Under the pieces are notes generated by a model that worked only from the letters and a program-made list of their open reading frames with translations, did not search any database and had not been told where the DNA came from. The position numbers and the translations under genes were made by a program. A DNA stretch of 64,000 bases from the human T2T-CHM13v2.0 reference genome, Homo sapiens. Positions 26,866 to 50,091 of this stretch are shown piece by piece (position 1 is the stretch's first letter; every line of letters begins with the position of its first letter). Location: assembly GCF_009914755.1 (NCBI RefSeq), contig NC_060935.1, one strand, 5' to 3'.

Positions 26866-27247
26866 TGTTAGGGAAGAAAATGCAATATATTTGGCACAGC
26901 TGGACTGAGATTCACACATACTACATACACAGGAGAGATACTTAACATGGTACTTTCTACATAGTAGGTGTGCTGTATTATCATTAATATTAGTCTTACT
27001 ATTGTTACTATTAGTATATTTTAAGCATAGTATGTTTTGCCTCATTTTTCAAGAAAGTATATAAACTTCATGGATTGTAGACCCTTTTTTAGCCTTCAAA
27101 GACCACAAAAAAAAATTGTACCACTAGACAGTTAATATAGAGCAATAGACTTTAAATAAACTGAAACAAAAGCCTGGAGATGTTATCACTGGCTAGTACA
27201 GGCAACCTGCTCACTTTTCTCCAGCAGGTAGTCCACTTTCCAAATAA

Positions 27248-28094
<847 letters not shown>

Positions 28095-28338
28095 GAAGTA
28101 ACCACTAACTTAAAAAAAAAAAAGAAAAAAGAAAGAAAAGAATGGAATGGAGATTTTAAAAAAGATTTTTGAGCGAGGACTCTCGCACTGGAAGCCCTGT
28201 TATTATCCCAGGTTGCCTACTTTTGCTAGTGTCTTGACCAAAAATAAACCATGCATGTTCTGCTGACGAATCAGATGAGTCCATACAGAGGAAGAAAAGG
28301 AGGGTGATTCAGGGAAGGGAAAGAGAAAAGTAAAAGAA

Positions 28339-28347
28339 ACACACACA

Positions 28348-28384
<37 letters not shown>
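28339..28384. repeat. (CA)n(GA)n compound microsatellite
   Basis: Direct observation. Confidence 0.93.
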
Positions 28385-30796
28385 GAACAGAATGAAGTCA
28401 CTTGAGCATAGCTTTATCAAATCGAAGTGGAATTCTTTTTTGCCCAAAGTGGTCATCTAACATATCTTAGACAAATACAGATGAAAAAGAGAGGTCCTTC
28501 CTTAGCACCAGGGCATTTCATGAGCTCAAGTTCCACATCATAGTTTCATTATGAACAACAAACCTCTTGGGATTTTCCAACCCAAGTCAGCTCTGAGAAC
28601 ATCCACACTGTGGAGAGAGCAAGGAACTTCCTTGTTTCTAATACCAAGTCCATCAGATGATTAGTAAGCCCTGCAAAGAAGAGTGAATCATTCTTAGAAT
28701 TCATTTTGTAAATGCAAAATATCTCATGGTGAGTGACAAATATGTCTAAACAACTGTGTTTTTGGCATAGTTCAAGAAGTTCAAGAAAGTCTTTCATGTC
28801 TTTAGCCATGTTCATGTCTGTTTCTGGAAGGACTTTGATCCTGTTTCTCATTAATCAAAGTGTAGTCTGTCTTCCCAGGCCCAGATCTGGTATGGTAACT
28901 CCCATGAAGCCTTATCTCATGGCCCACTCCTTCACTTGAAGCCCCATTCAAGTTGCTAGCAGGCTCTGTGCTTCTTGCCTCAGCATTTGTGACCCTAAAC
29001 AGATATTCACATTCTGACCTTTTTCCCAGAGCCTAAATCCACTGAACTGAATTTAGTGGGTCTGTTTCCTCCCAACTACTAGGCTACTCCATTGGTGCGA
29101 CTCACATTGGCACCTACCCACATGCCACATCCTTGCCAAATCTGCTCAACTAGGGTGCATGATACAGAAATCACGACTTATGTACTTTCCATGTCTCATT
29201 TCTGAAAATAATGAACGTCAACAGAGAATGAAAAATGCCACCTGAAATAAAAATAATTTTTATCACCATCAAATTTTAAGTTTTCTCTAATTATATAAAT
29301 AATACATATCAGTCATATAATACTTGAATTACAAAAAAAGAAGAAAAAGAGTAAAGAATCAACCTCAGGGGACAGGCATGGTGGCTCATGTCTGTAATTC
29401 CAGCACTTTGGGAGGCTGAGGTAGGAGGATCACTTGAGGCCAGGAGTCCAGACCAACCTGGCCAACATAGTGAGACCCTCATCTCTATTTATTTTTTAAA
29501 AATTTATAAAAAATAAACGAATCATCTTCAGAAAATATGAGAAATAGAATAAAATATCAATTGCTATTCTCTTTCTGAGATAACCACCATTTGAATCATC
29601 ATTCTTCCATGCCTCTCCTTATGCATATATGTACATATATTTAATTTTATATAACTGTGTTCATATGATGTCTGCAGCTCTTATTATAGGCCTTCCTTTT
29701 TCAATATAGTGGGTCTTTTTGCTGTTATTTATTTGTTCACTTGTTTGTTCATTTGTTTTATACACATCCCGCTTCTCCTTTACTCCCTTAACTGAATAAC
29801 CCACCCTCACCTGCTCTTGGTTTCTCTTCATTAACAATCTGATATCTGGTCTTCTAGATTTTTTCTCCTTGTTCATATTGTATGTACACACACACATACA
29901 CACACACACATACATATACACATATGTAAGGGGAAAGGAAGCTTGTCATGATTTATTCTATAAAAATGGAATTACATTACAAAGACTTCTCTGATTCTTG
30001 CTCGTCTCACTTTTTGATCACAGCATGGAAAATCCTGCAAATCAACTGGTATAGAATAAATGTCTTCATCCTCATAAAATATCTTTATTATTAATCTCAT
30101 AGTTTTAATATACCATAAAATTTAAGGCTTTTTGCATTGATGAGCATATACTGTTTCCAGTTTTTTACCTCCACAATAGAAAGGAAATCTTAAGTCCACT
30201 CTACTGTAGCAATTTTCTTATCTCACTTTTGAAGATTTGCCAAGGTAATTTTCTGTTTCTTCTCTGTCCCACTGTCAAGTGACTTGACTGGAGCCATGGT
30301 TCAAAATCTTTTGGAGATCATGAGTCCCTTTGAAAATTTCATGAAAGTGATCAAACCTCTCCCCAAAAATGTACTGACATTTTTAAGAACTGCATGTAAT
30401 TTTAGTGGCCTTGAACCTAGGTGACAACTTCCTGAATTTGAGAAAAATTTTGCACAACAAAGAAGATTCTTTTATGGTTGTAATCATCCCCCAAATTTCC
30501 AAAACTCTTCCTCCTGATGATGACCCATAACAGATTATGGACTCAGCATGGTAAAGGCAGGCAGCTGAGAAGGTGAAACCAGGCCACACTTGTCCACACC
30601 CTTCTCTGTAGAAAGGACAAGACACTTCACAGGCCACTGAACACATTCCTTCTTTACCTCCTCACTTGGGTGAGTTTGAGGGCCAATATGGAAGTGATTG
30701 TCAACCTACATGTCACGTAATTATCAAGTGCTTATCATTCATATATCACTTGACTTATAAACTTGCCATTTGCCGTTGTTAATGTTGCAGTGGTTC

Positions 30797-34045
<3,249 letters not shown>

Positions 34046-34166
34046 ATGTACAAATAATAAATGCTGATCTCAATGAATTTTCACAAAATGAATATGGCCA
34101 TAAAATAATAATCAGGCCATTTTGTTTATTTAGTGTTTAGTTTTTCTTTTTCTTTTTGAAACAAGG

Positions 34167-34672
<506 letters not shown>

Positions 34673-37612
34673 TAAATTTCTGTAGACATAGGATCTCACT
34701 GTGTTGCCCAGGATGGTCTCAAATTCCTGGGCTCGAGCAATCCTCTCACCTTGTTCTCCCAAAGTGCTGGGATTATGGGGGTGAGCCACTGTGCCTGGCC
34801 TTATTTAGTGTTTTTCTTCAGGAGTTTCTAAAATTTTTTGTGGCTTTTCCAACTATTGACTGTTAACAAAATTTTTTATTAGGGGATTTCTTTTCAGAGA
34901 TACACTAATTTCAGTTTTTGTCAAGAAGGAATTCCACCCATATCCACATCTGGCACAGACCTAACAACAGCCATTGCATAATTAGGGGTTTCTACTCCCC
35001 TCTCTCCCGCAACCTGTCTTCTCTCTTTGCTGGACAGAAAGATCCCATCTCGTTACGGTGTGGCAGCTCTGAATATGCTTTACCCATTTCAGTCTACACA
35101 TACGTTCAGGGAATTAAAGGAAGACACGGCCTCTTTCAAAACGCTTTAAAGAACTGTTTAAATTTATCTCCCAGTCTAAATCTGCCTATTTCTCTAACTG
35201 GTACCATAATTTTCACCACCATAACTGAAACTCCAGAAGGGTTATGGGTTGTGCTGTTTTGTTCATTGACGTATCCCAGTACCTAGACCAGTGCCTAGAT
35301 GCAGTATGTGCCCAGTAGATATTTGATAGAGAGAGTGAAGAATACTTCCACTCATCCAATCTCCAACTCTTTCATGTACTTAACAAACATTTTGTTAACT
35401 TTTAGGGTCACCTGATACTCTTCCTTTACTCTATTCCCCTCCCACCACCACTTTTAATCAATTTTGAAGTCTTGTTATTTCATGTACTACTTATCACACT
35501 CATCTTCATTCTTTTTCTAATCCCATCTAGTCCATAAGTTTAACATCTCATACCTTGAGTCTTAAATGTCCTAATTAGTCTTTTAATTCCATTCTCTGTG
35601 AGACACACAGTTGTCAGAATTTTTTTCCTATGTTCCATTTTTTACATAGTGTTCCTTTTCTCAAAAATTCTCAAATATTCTCAAAATAAACTGAAAGGGG
35701 TTATCTCAGAGCAGAGCAATTACAAGGGATTTTTACTTGCTCCTTTGTATTTTTCTGTATTTTCTGAATTTATAGATTAATTTTTATTTCAAAATTCCAA
35801 TACATTTTTTTAAAAAATAATATCATTGTTTCAAAGTTAATTCCACAAATATTTCCCGCCTGTGTGTCAGGCATTGTTTTAGGTGCTAGGGATGCAATTC
35901 TTGTTTTCAGGGCGCTCACAGTGTAAGAGGGGAGACAGAGAATGAAACAGATAATGACAATCAACTGATAAAGATGTATCCTCTGTTTGCTGCACAAGGG
36001 GCTTTACATGAATGACCATGCAGAGTTATGGATCCCAGAAGGGACACAGGTGGGGAACACACCCTTTTCTTTTTTTTTTCTTTTTGGAGACAGGGCTCAC
36101 TGTGTTGCCTAGGCTGGAGTGCAGTGGTGTGACCATAGCTCATGCAGCCTCAACCTTCTGGGCTCATGTAATCCTCCCACCTCAGCCTCTTGAGTAGCTG
36201 GGACCACAGACGAGCCCCACCACACCCGGCTACACCCTTCTTCTGAATCCTAGAATAAATCAAAGAGAATCTTAAATCAGGTGAGAGTGTGAGGGAAGGC
36301 AGAGGGTGAGGAAGTTGAAGCCCACAGAAGTGAGAGAGTGTGCAACGCCCAGGAGGATTAGGGTGACACAACTGAAGCGCAGAGGTGTTTGTGTGTGTGT
36401 GAGAGAGAGAGAGATATGGGTCAAGGATGTTTCTGGAGTGGGAACTGCAGAGGAATGCAGGAGCCCAGATTCTGCTAAGGAGTTCCAATTCAGTCTTGAC
36501 AGCACTGGGAACCACTGAAGAATTTAAGTAGAGGCAAGGCATGGTCATATTTGCGTTTAGAAACGTCATTCTGGTCACCTTGCGGAGACTGTGTAAGATA
36601 CAGTCAGAACCCAATTTATCAAGGTCAAATTTCTTCACTTGTCAAAGTCCTTACCATCTGCCCCCTTCCTCCTTTTCTTGCCTCTTCTCCCACAGTTCCC
36701 TGCAACCAACACTGCCAGCCTTCTATTCCTATCCCTCTGACTTTGCTGCTGTAGTTACTTCTTCCTGACAAAGAATTTTTCTTCCTCTGTACCCCTTGAT
36801 CTCTCCAGATCTTAACCTCCCTCCACCTCTCAGATACTCCCAGCCACAGTCCCATCTCCCAGCCACAGTCCCATCTCCCTGCTTTTCATGCTCCTAGGAA
36901 TTGTGACTTTGCTTTATATCTGCCTGTGGTCCCAGCTATCACCACACACCTACAAAAAGCAAAACTCAAGATGTGCTGTTTCAAATGATAGTGACTTAAA
37001 ATTATGATCCAGGCAGGGTTTTAATACCTTAATACCTGCCCTGAGATGGATGTATCCCCAAGTGGTGGATGTGGGTTGGATTGTGTAATTTCCTGTGGGC
37101 AAAGCTTCTTTTTCACCTAGATAAACTCTGAAGCTCTCTTCCTGGAGTTCCATTTTATTAGCTTACACAAGTGTACTCCCTGTTTTTAAAAAAATTATAG
37201 TTTTACATTTTATTTTTTATAGAAGTGGAGTCTCACTATATTGCCCAGGCTGATCTCAAACTTCTGGGCTCAAGCGATCCTCCAGTCTTAGGCTCCCAAA
37301 GGGATTTGGGATTACAGGTGCAAGTTACTATGCCTGGCCTGTACTCCCTTTTAAAGGTTGATTTTTTGATGTAAAAGAAAGCTTTACCATTTATTTTTAC
37401 TTCAATATGAAACCTTCTCATGTGCTTTTTCTTTTTGGTGTTTGAAAGCAACCTAGCTAGAGAACAATGATAATGTGGGGCTGAGAGGAAACATCAGAAA
37501 TCTGAGGTTGGAGAGGAAATGTACATGATAGGAATGGAAGCCACCAAGTCAGAAGACAAGCTTCCCAAACTTCTTCATGGTATAGGGCAGTAGTAGAGCT
37601 CAGGTTCTAGAG

Positions 37613-37760
37613 CACTGTTTCTCAAAGTGTGGTCCCAGACCAGCAGCATCAGCCTTTCCTAGGAATTTGTTAGGAATGCAAAATGTTGGTTTCTTTCCCA
37701 GACTTCTTGAATCAGAAACTCTAGAGGTGGAGTCCAGCAATGGCAGTTTGGGGACCACTG
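37613..37760. mobile_element. MER5A-like hAT MITE (others near 2521-2700 and 55858-56022)
   Basis: TTTCTCAAAGTGTGGTCCCAGACCAGCAGCATCAGC...GAATCAGAAACTCT. Confidence 0.72.
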
Positions 37761-38102
37761 CTCTAGCATTTAAAGGAAGGATCTACAGAGGATTTGCGCT
37801 ACAGCCTGCCTTTAGTTTTTTTTCCCTTTTTCCCTCTTTCCCTGCTCCTAGGCAACAAAGATAAAAATATAGTAAAAACTAGGTGCTTCTCTGAATGGCT
37901 GGATTTGAAGAAGTTCTATTTTAAAACTGCATTTAAAAAAAAGGGCCAGGTGGTTCACACCTGTAATCCTAACACTTTGGGAGGCCGAGGCTGGTGGATC
38001 ACTTGAGCCCAGGAGTTTGAGACCACCCTTAACAACATAGTGAAACCCCATCTCTACAAAAAGCTGAGTGTGGTGGCATGTTCCTGTAGTCCCAGCTACT
38101 CA

Positions 38103-38255
<153 letters not shown>

Positions 38256-39457
38256 TTACCTGCAGGGCACCAGCCACTGTCTGAGGCACAGTAAACAGAA
38301 AGAGAGTAACTATCCCTGCACTAGAGGAGGCCTGCTCAAGGCAGTATGTGTGTGTGTGTGTTTGTATCCGTGTTGGGATGGGGATGAAGTGGAAAGTGGG
38401 AAAGGCTTTTTGGAAATGATGAATCCCAAATTGCGTTTTGAAAAGTCGATTGGAGCACGAGGTCAAAGGTAGGAAGATGCACTTTAGCCAAAGGACCAGT
38501 TGTAGAAATGCTCAGTAATTCCCTTGTGAATATTTTGATCCAGAAAGATATACTAGAGCATTGCAGAAACGCAGCTGCCCAGGAGTTTGGTTTTTACTGC
38601 CTGACTTCACTTTGATTTCATGGCTTGGATGAAAAAGAGACATCTACTTCCTAGTTTCTCTCTATCTTAAAGTTCAATATTGAATCCAACTCTATTTTCT
38701 GGCTGTCTTTCAAGGATTTTCCTGAGTCTTCTGTTCCCACTGTTTCTGCCTAGATCTTCCACATACTAGAAGCACCAATCTCCTCCAACCATCTACAGCT
38801 CCCTGTGACCAAGATCATCGTGGGCAAAACTGATTCTTCTAATCAACATTTATCACACTTGCTTTTCACCAATGAACTTGGTCTTTAGAGCATTTACAAA
38901 CAAGTATGAGGTGCCTTCCCTCAGAAAACTCACAACCCAATTAAAGACACAAGACCTAGATATAAAAAATAACAATTTAGACTGCAAATGACTTAGTAAA
39001 GAATTATATGAACTGTAAACCCCATAGAAGGACATGGCTTGACAAGTTATGGGCCACAGACCAAATCCAGCCTGCAAGCTAAAAATGGCCCTTCCTTCCA
39101 CTTTTATTTTATTTTATTGTTGTTGGTTTTTTTTTTTTTAAGACAAGGTCTCACCATATTGCCTAAGCTGGTCTCAAACTATTGGGCTCAAGTGATCTTC
39201 ATGCCTCAGTTTCTTGAGTACTGGGATGACAGCACATGTCACTGACCCAGGTTCCATTTTTAAATGGTTGAAAAATGAAATAAAAGTAATACACAGAGAC
39301 ACATGAAAACTATATGAAATTCAAATATCAGTATCTACAAATAAAATTTTATTGAAACACAGTCATATGCATTCAATTATATATCATCTATGGCTGCTTT
39401 CTTTCTCCAAAGGCAGAGTTGATTTTTTTTCTTTTTTTGAGACAGAGTCTCACTGTG

Positions 39458-39778
39458 TGATATGGTTTAGCTGTGTCCCCACCCAAATCTCATCTTGAAT
39501 TGTAACTCTAACAATTCCTATGTGTCATGGGAGGAACCCGGTGGGAGGTGATTGAATTATGGGGGTGAGTCTTTCCTGCACTGGTCTCCTGATAGTGAAT
39601 GTGTCTCACAAGATCTGATGGTTTTAAAAAGGGGAGTTTCCCTGCACAAGTTCTTCTTCTTTTGTCTGCTGCCATATGAGACGTGCCTTTCACCTTCCAC
39701 CATATTTATGAGGTCTCCCCAGCCAAGTGGAACTATAAGTCCACGTCTTTATCAGCAGTGGGAAAATTGACTAATATA
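39458..39778 (+). mobile_element. THE1-type LTR inserted in an Alu (~39423-40048), itself inside a MER58-like DNA element
   Basis: TGATATGGTTTAGCTGTGTCCCCACCCAAATCTC; TSD CTGTG/CTCTG. Confidence 0.85.
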
Positions 39779-39911
39779 CTCTGTTGCCTCAGCTGGAGTG
39801 CAGTGGCATGATCTTGGTCACTGCAGCCTCCACCTCCAAGTTCAAGAGATTCTCCTGCCTCAGCCTCCTGAGTAGCTGGGACTACAGGTGCACGCCACCA
39901 CACCTGGCTAA

Positions 39912-41287
<1,376 letters not shown>

Positions 41288-41648
41288 GTATTCCATAATG
41301 TATATATATCACATTTTCTTTATCCAGTCTACTATTGATGGGCATTTAGGTTGATTCCATGTCTTTGCTAGAGATCTACTTTCTAAGGTCCCATATGTGA
41401 GTGAGAACATGCAATACTTCAGTTAATGTAATGACCTCCAGTTCCATCCATTTTTCTGCAAATGGCAGGATTTCATTCTTTTTTTTTTTTTAACATAATC
41501 AAACATGGTCAAAGGATTTAATTTTTTTGGCTGAATAATATTCCATTCTGTATACATACCATATTTTCTTTATCTATTCATCTATTGATGGACACTTAAG
41601 TAGATTCCACATTGTCACTATTGTGAATAGTGCCACAGTAAACATGGG

Positions 41649-42014
41649 TGATACGGTTTGGCTCTGTGTCCCTACCCAAATCTCATCATGTAGCTCCCAT
41701 AATTCCCATGTGTTGTGTGAGGGATCTGGTGGGAGATGACTGAATTACGGGGGTGGGTCTTTCCCATGCTGTTCTCATGATAGTGAATGGGTCTCATGAG
41801 ATCTGATGGTTTTAAAAAATGGGAGTTGCACTACATAAGCTCTCTCTTTGCCTGCTGCCATCCACGTAAGATGTGATTTGCTCCTCCTTGCCTTCAGCCA
41901 TGATTGTGAGGCCTACCCAGCCATCTGGAACTGTAAGTCCAATGAACCTCTTTCTTTTGTAAATTGCCCAGTCTTGGGTATGTCTTTATCAGCAGTGTAA
42001 AAATGGACTAATAG
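41649..42014 (+). mobile_element. THE1-type LTR within a minus-strand L1 fragment (~41290-42490)
   Basis: TGATACGGTTTGGCTCTGTGTCCC...AAATGGACTAATA. Confidence 0.83.
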
Positions 42015-42544
42015 AATGAGAGTGTAGATGTCTTTTTGATATGTTGATTTTCTTTCTTTTGAATATAGACCCAGTGGTGGAATTGCTGCATCATATGCTA
42101 CCTCTGTTTTTAGTTTTTTGAGGAATCTCTATACTGTTCTTCCTAGTGTCTGTACTCTATACTGTTCTTCCTAGCAGTGTACAAGAGTTTCCCTCTTCCC
42201 ACATCCTCTCCAGCATTCGTTATTGCCTGTGTTTTTGATAAGAGTTATTTTAACTGGGATGAGGTGATATCTCATTGTAGTTTGATTTGCATTTCTCTGA
42301 TGATTGAGCATTTTTTTAATGTAACTGTTGGTCATTTGTATATCTTCTTTTGAGAAATGTCTATTTGGATCTTTTGCCCATTTTTAAATTGAATTGTTTG
42401 TGTTTTTTTGCAATTGAGTTGTTTGAGCTCCTTACGTATTTTAGCATTATTCTCTTGTCAAATGGGTAGTTAGCAAATATTTTTGCCAATCCTTTACAGA
42501 TACAGTTTTCTGACTCCTGCTATAGGACAGGGGTTTCCAAATTA

Positions 42545-43153
<609 letters not shown>

Positions 43154-43426
43154 TCACTACCTCTTTTCCCTCACTTTTCATGTTTCTTCCTTCCCTAACT
43201 TCCCTGACACCTTCAAGAAACCCTAGGATGCCTAGTTGAAAAAACTACTATAGGAGTTCAGTGCAGGAAGAGATCATCTGGAGGAGTTAAGCAAGTTTTC
43301 TTTGGGAAAATGAGTATTGACAAAAATTACCACTAAAGAACTTATCCATGTAACCAAACACCACCTGTTCCCCAAAAACCTTCCGAAATTAAAAAAATAT
43401 ATATGCATTGGGAAAAAAATGAGCAT

Positions 43427-43784
43427 TGTTATAGTTTGGCTATGTCCCCACCCAAATCTAATCTTGAATTGTAGCTCCCATAATTCCCATGTGTTGTGGG
43501 AAGGACCCGGTGGGAGATAATTGAATCATGGGGGCAGTTTCCCCCATACTGTTCTCATGGCAGTAAGTCTCATGAGATCTGATGGTTTGATAAGGGGTTT
43601 CCCCTTTTGCTTGGCTCTCATTCTCTCTTGTCTGCTGCCATGTAAGATGTACCTTTCACCTTCCACCATGATTGTGAGGCCTCCCCAGCCATGTGGAACT
43701 GTGGGTCCATTAAACCTCTTTTTCTTTATAAACTACCCAGTTTCAGGTGTGTCTTTATCAACAGTGTGAAAATGGACTAATACA
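43427..43784 (+). mobile_element. THE1/MSTA-type LTR
   Basis: TGTTATAGTTTGGCTATGTCCCCACCCAAATC...GGACTAATACA; TSD AGCAT. Confidence 0.83.
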
Positions 43785-43857
43785 AGCATTGAGCTGGGCT
43801 TTGAAGATTGGGTAAAATTTTCAAAAGAGAGTGCCAAAATACATTTTCTTTTTTTAA

Positions 43858-46986
<3,129 letters not shown>

Positions 46987-48445
46987 ACATATATATATAT
47001 ATAAACATTCCTTAAAAACTTTATTTTTAACTGGGATATAACCAATACAAACTTAAGAACAGTTTAATTAACTTTTACATATTTGTAACCGATACCCATA
47101 TCAAGATAGAGAAAGGATATTTTCAGCCTTTAAGAAGGTTTCCTTGTTTCCCTTCTAAAAGTAATAAGCCTCCAAAGATAACTATTATTCTGATTTGTAT
47201 CAGTATATATTAGTTTTGTGAGTGAAAGAGCCAGACACAAAACACTACATTCCATATAATTAATGAAATTATATATAAGAAAACCAGTAATGGTATTATA
47301 TGGGAGGTACTGTTTTGTGTTGGCTTCTTTCACTCAAAATTTTACCTGCGATTCGCCATGTAGTTGCACGTAACTGAAATTTATTTTTCGTTGTATTATA
47401 TTCTGTATTATAAATATGCCATAATTTTTTTATTGTTCTCCTGGACATTTTATTGCTTCCAGTTTGGGGATATTGGGAATAAAGTTGCTATGAACGTTCT
47501 TATACATATATATAACTGATCACATTACTAATTTCTCTGAACTCAGGAGTGAATTGGCTGAGTCAATTATATATTTTTTATATAGAAATTTACATTTTTT
47601 ATTAGAAATTAAGAGTGAATTGGCTGAGTCAATTTTAAATATACATATACATTCTTGTGTATAGAAAGAATTCATATAGAAAATATATAAAGAACTTCCA
47701 TAGATCAATAAGAAAATGATAGACAACACAACTTTTAAAAAATGTAGGCAAAACGCTTGAACACAATAATGTCTTCACAATACAGGCTATACAAATGGCC
47801 ACAAAGCACATGAAAAGGTGCTAATTGAAATGTGCACATTAAAACCACAGTTGAATACCACTACCCCAGATCACCAGAATGGCTAGAATTAAAAATGACT
47901 TGTCAATTTCAAGGGTTGGCAATGATTTGGAGCAGTTTGGAATCTCATACATTGCTGGTAGGATTGTAAATTGGCACAACCATTTTGGAAAATTGACCTA
48001 TCTATTAAAGCCAAAATAAGCATGTCTTACAGCCACGTAGTAAGAAAACTTTTTAAATTAAAAAACAAATAGTATATTAGAGGTCTAAGTACTGTGAAAA
48101 ATAAAGGAAAGAAGGAAAATAAAGAGTGTGGAGAAAGGGTAGTGATATATCTTCAGTTAATTGGCATTTGCTACTTGCCAGGTCTAGTATAAGCAGTGGA
48201 GGATATAAAAGAGGAATAAGATAAGATGTCTCCCCTTAAAGAGTCCCCCCAAAAAGATGGGCATGTAACCAACTAAATGTGTATCATAAGATGAGTGCTC
48301 TTGTCTCTACTAGGGGCATGCTATGAGAAGACACTAGGAAGGACTGGAAAATTATGACTGGGTCAGTCCATCTCAACTCTGAAACTGAGCGGTGGAGCAC
48401 ATGAGGAAGATAGGAAGATGACAGAGCTTCAAGAAGGGAAATTGG

Positions 48446-49020
48446 GGCCAGGCACAGTGGCACACACCTGAAGTCCCAGCACTTTGGGAGGCCGAGTCAG
48501 GCAGATTAGTTGAGGTCAGAAGTTCGAAACCAGCCTGGGCAACATGGTTAACCCTGTTTCTACTAAAAATACAAAAAGTAGCTGGATGTGGTGGTAGGCG
48601 CCTGTAATCCCAACTACTCAGGAGGCTGAGGCAGGGGAATCACTTGAACCCAGGAGGCAGAGGTTGCAGTGAGCCAAGATCACGCCACTGCCACTCCAGC
48701 CTGGGTGACAGAGCAAGACTCCTGGGGTTGGGAGTGGTGGCTCTCACCTGTACTTTAGGAGGTGAGGCAGAGACAGGAGGATCACTTAAGCCCAGGAGTT
48801 AGAGACTAGCCTGGGCAACATGGCGAGACCATGTCTCTAAAAAAAAGTTAAAAAAAAAAGCCCTGCGTGGTGGCACGCCTGTAGTCCCAGCTACTCAGAA
48901 AGCTAAGTGGGAAGATGGTTTGAGCCTAGGAGGTTGAGGCTGCAGTGAGCCATGATTGCACCACTGCACTCCAGCGTGGGTGACAGAACAAGACTCTGTA
49001 TCAAAAATAAAATAAAATAA
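48446..49020 (+). mobile_element. Two tandem Alus
   Basis: Alu consensus; first unit lacks an A tail. Confidence 0.85.
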
Positions 49021-49661
49021 AATTTAAAAAAGGGAAATTGAAGGCATGAAGCCAGAGATAAAGTAGCTGAGTCTATGGGACCATGAGGGCTCATATATCT
49101 TAGTGGTTAAGAGCTCAGACAGGATGCAGACTACTTGAGCTAACATCCTGGCTGTGCCACTTACTGTGTGACCTTCAGTACATACCTCAACCTCTCTGTG
49201 CCTGTTTCCTCCTTTATAAATGTAGTACCCCCTTCACAGGGTTGTTCTGAGGAGTACACGAATTAACACCTGTAAAACAAATGGCAACTGGCACATAGGA
49301 AAGGCATTATTACTACATTGAAGATGAATGTGCTTCCTGGGTTACACAGCATGCTTCTTATACAAATTCAACTTTATAGCAATTGATCCATACTCACATG
49401 CAATACTTTTTTTAAAAGGCCGGAATTCTGTATTAATAATGAGAACACAAAAGCAGCAAGTATGCAGCAAGACCAGGGTGCTGTCGACAGGAAGCCATTT
49501 TATTTTCAGTCTTCAGTTGTCTCAGTTACCACTTGAATCTGGATCAGTCAGCACATGGGATATCAGTTTAATTTGTGCTTTTCCATTCTTTGTTGCCATC
49601 TAATAATGTCTAGAAAGGGACTCAAGCAAAGGTCAGTGATAAAAGGTAGCCCACACTTTTT

Positions 49662-49722
49662 GGGGGCAGTCTAGTTTTCACCAGAAAACCCACTAGGCAA
49701 ATTCTAAAAGAGCCTTGACTGT
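49662..49722 (-). pseudogene. RNU7-159P: U7 snRNA pseudogene
   Basis: Minus strand GCTCTTTTAGAATTTGCCTAGTGGGTTTTCTGG matches U7 (GCTCTTTTAGAATTTGTCTAGTAGGCTTTCTGG), followed by a stem-loop and short A tail. Symbol number is from memory. Confidence 0.8.
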
Positions 49723-49767
49723 GGAAGCTGAGGCTTTGATGGCTTAATTTGGATGCCAAGAGTTTTG

Positions 49768-50091
49768 TTTCATTCATGTCCGTGTGAAGAGACCACCAAA
49801 CAGGCTTTGTGTGAGCAATAAAGCTTTTAATCACCTGGGTGCAGGCGGACTGAGTCCGAAAAGAGAGTCAGCGAAAGGAGATAGGGGTGGGGCCGTTTTA
49901 GGGGCTTTTGAGCCAGGATGAGCCAGGAGAAGGAATTTCACAAGAGAATGTCATCAGTTAAGGCAGGAACAGGCCATTTTCACTTCTTTTGTGGTGGAAT
50001 GTCATCAGTTAAGGCAGGAACCAGCCATCTGGATGTGTACCTGCAAGTCACAGGGGATATGATGGCTTAGCTTGGGCTCAGAGGCCTGACA
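49768..50091 (-). mobile_element. HERV-H 3' LTR with ~86-bp internal deletion
   Basis: Aligns to the 5' LTR (324 vs 410 bp); preceded by a purine-rich tract. Confidence 0.93.
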
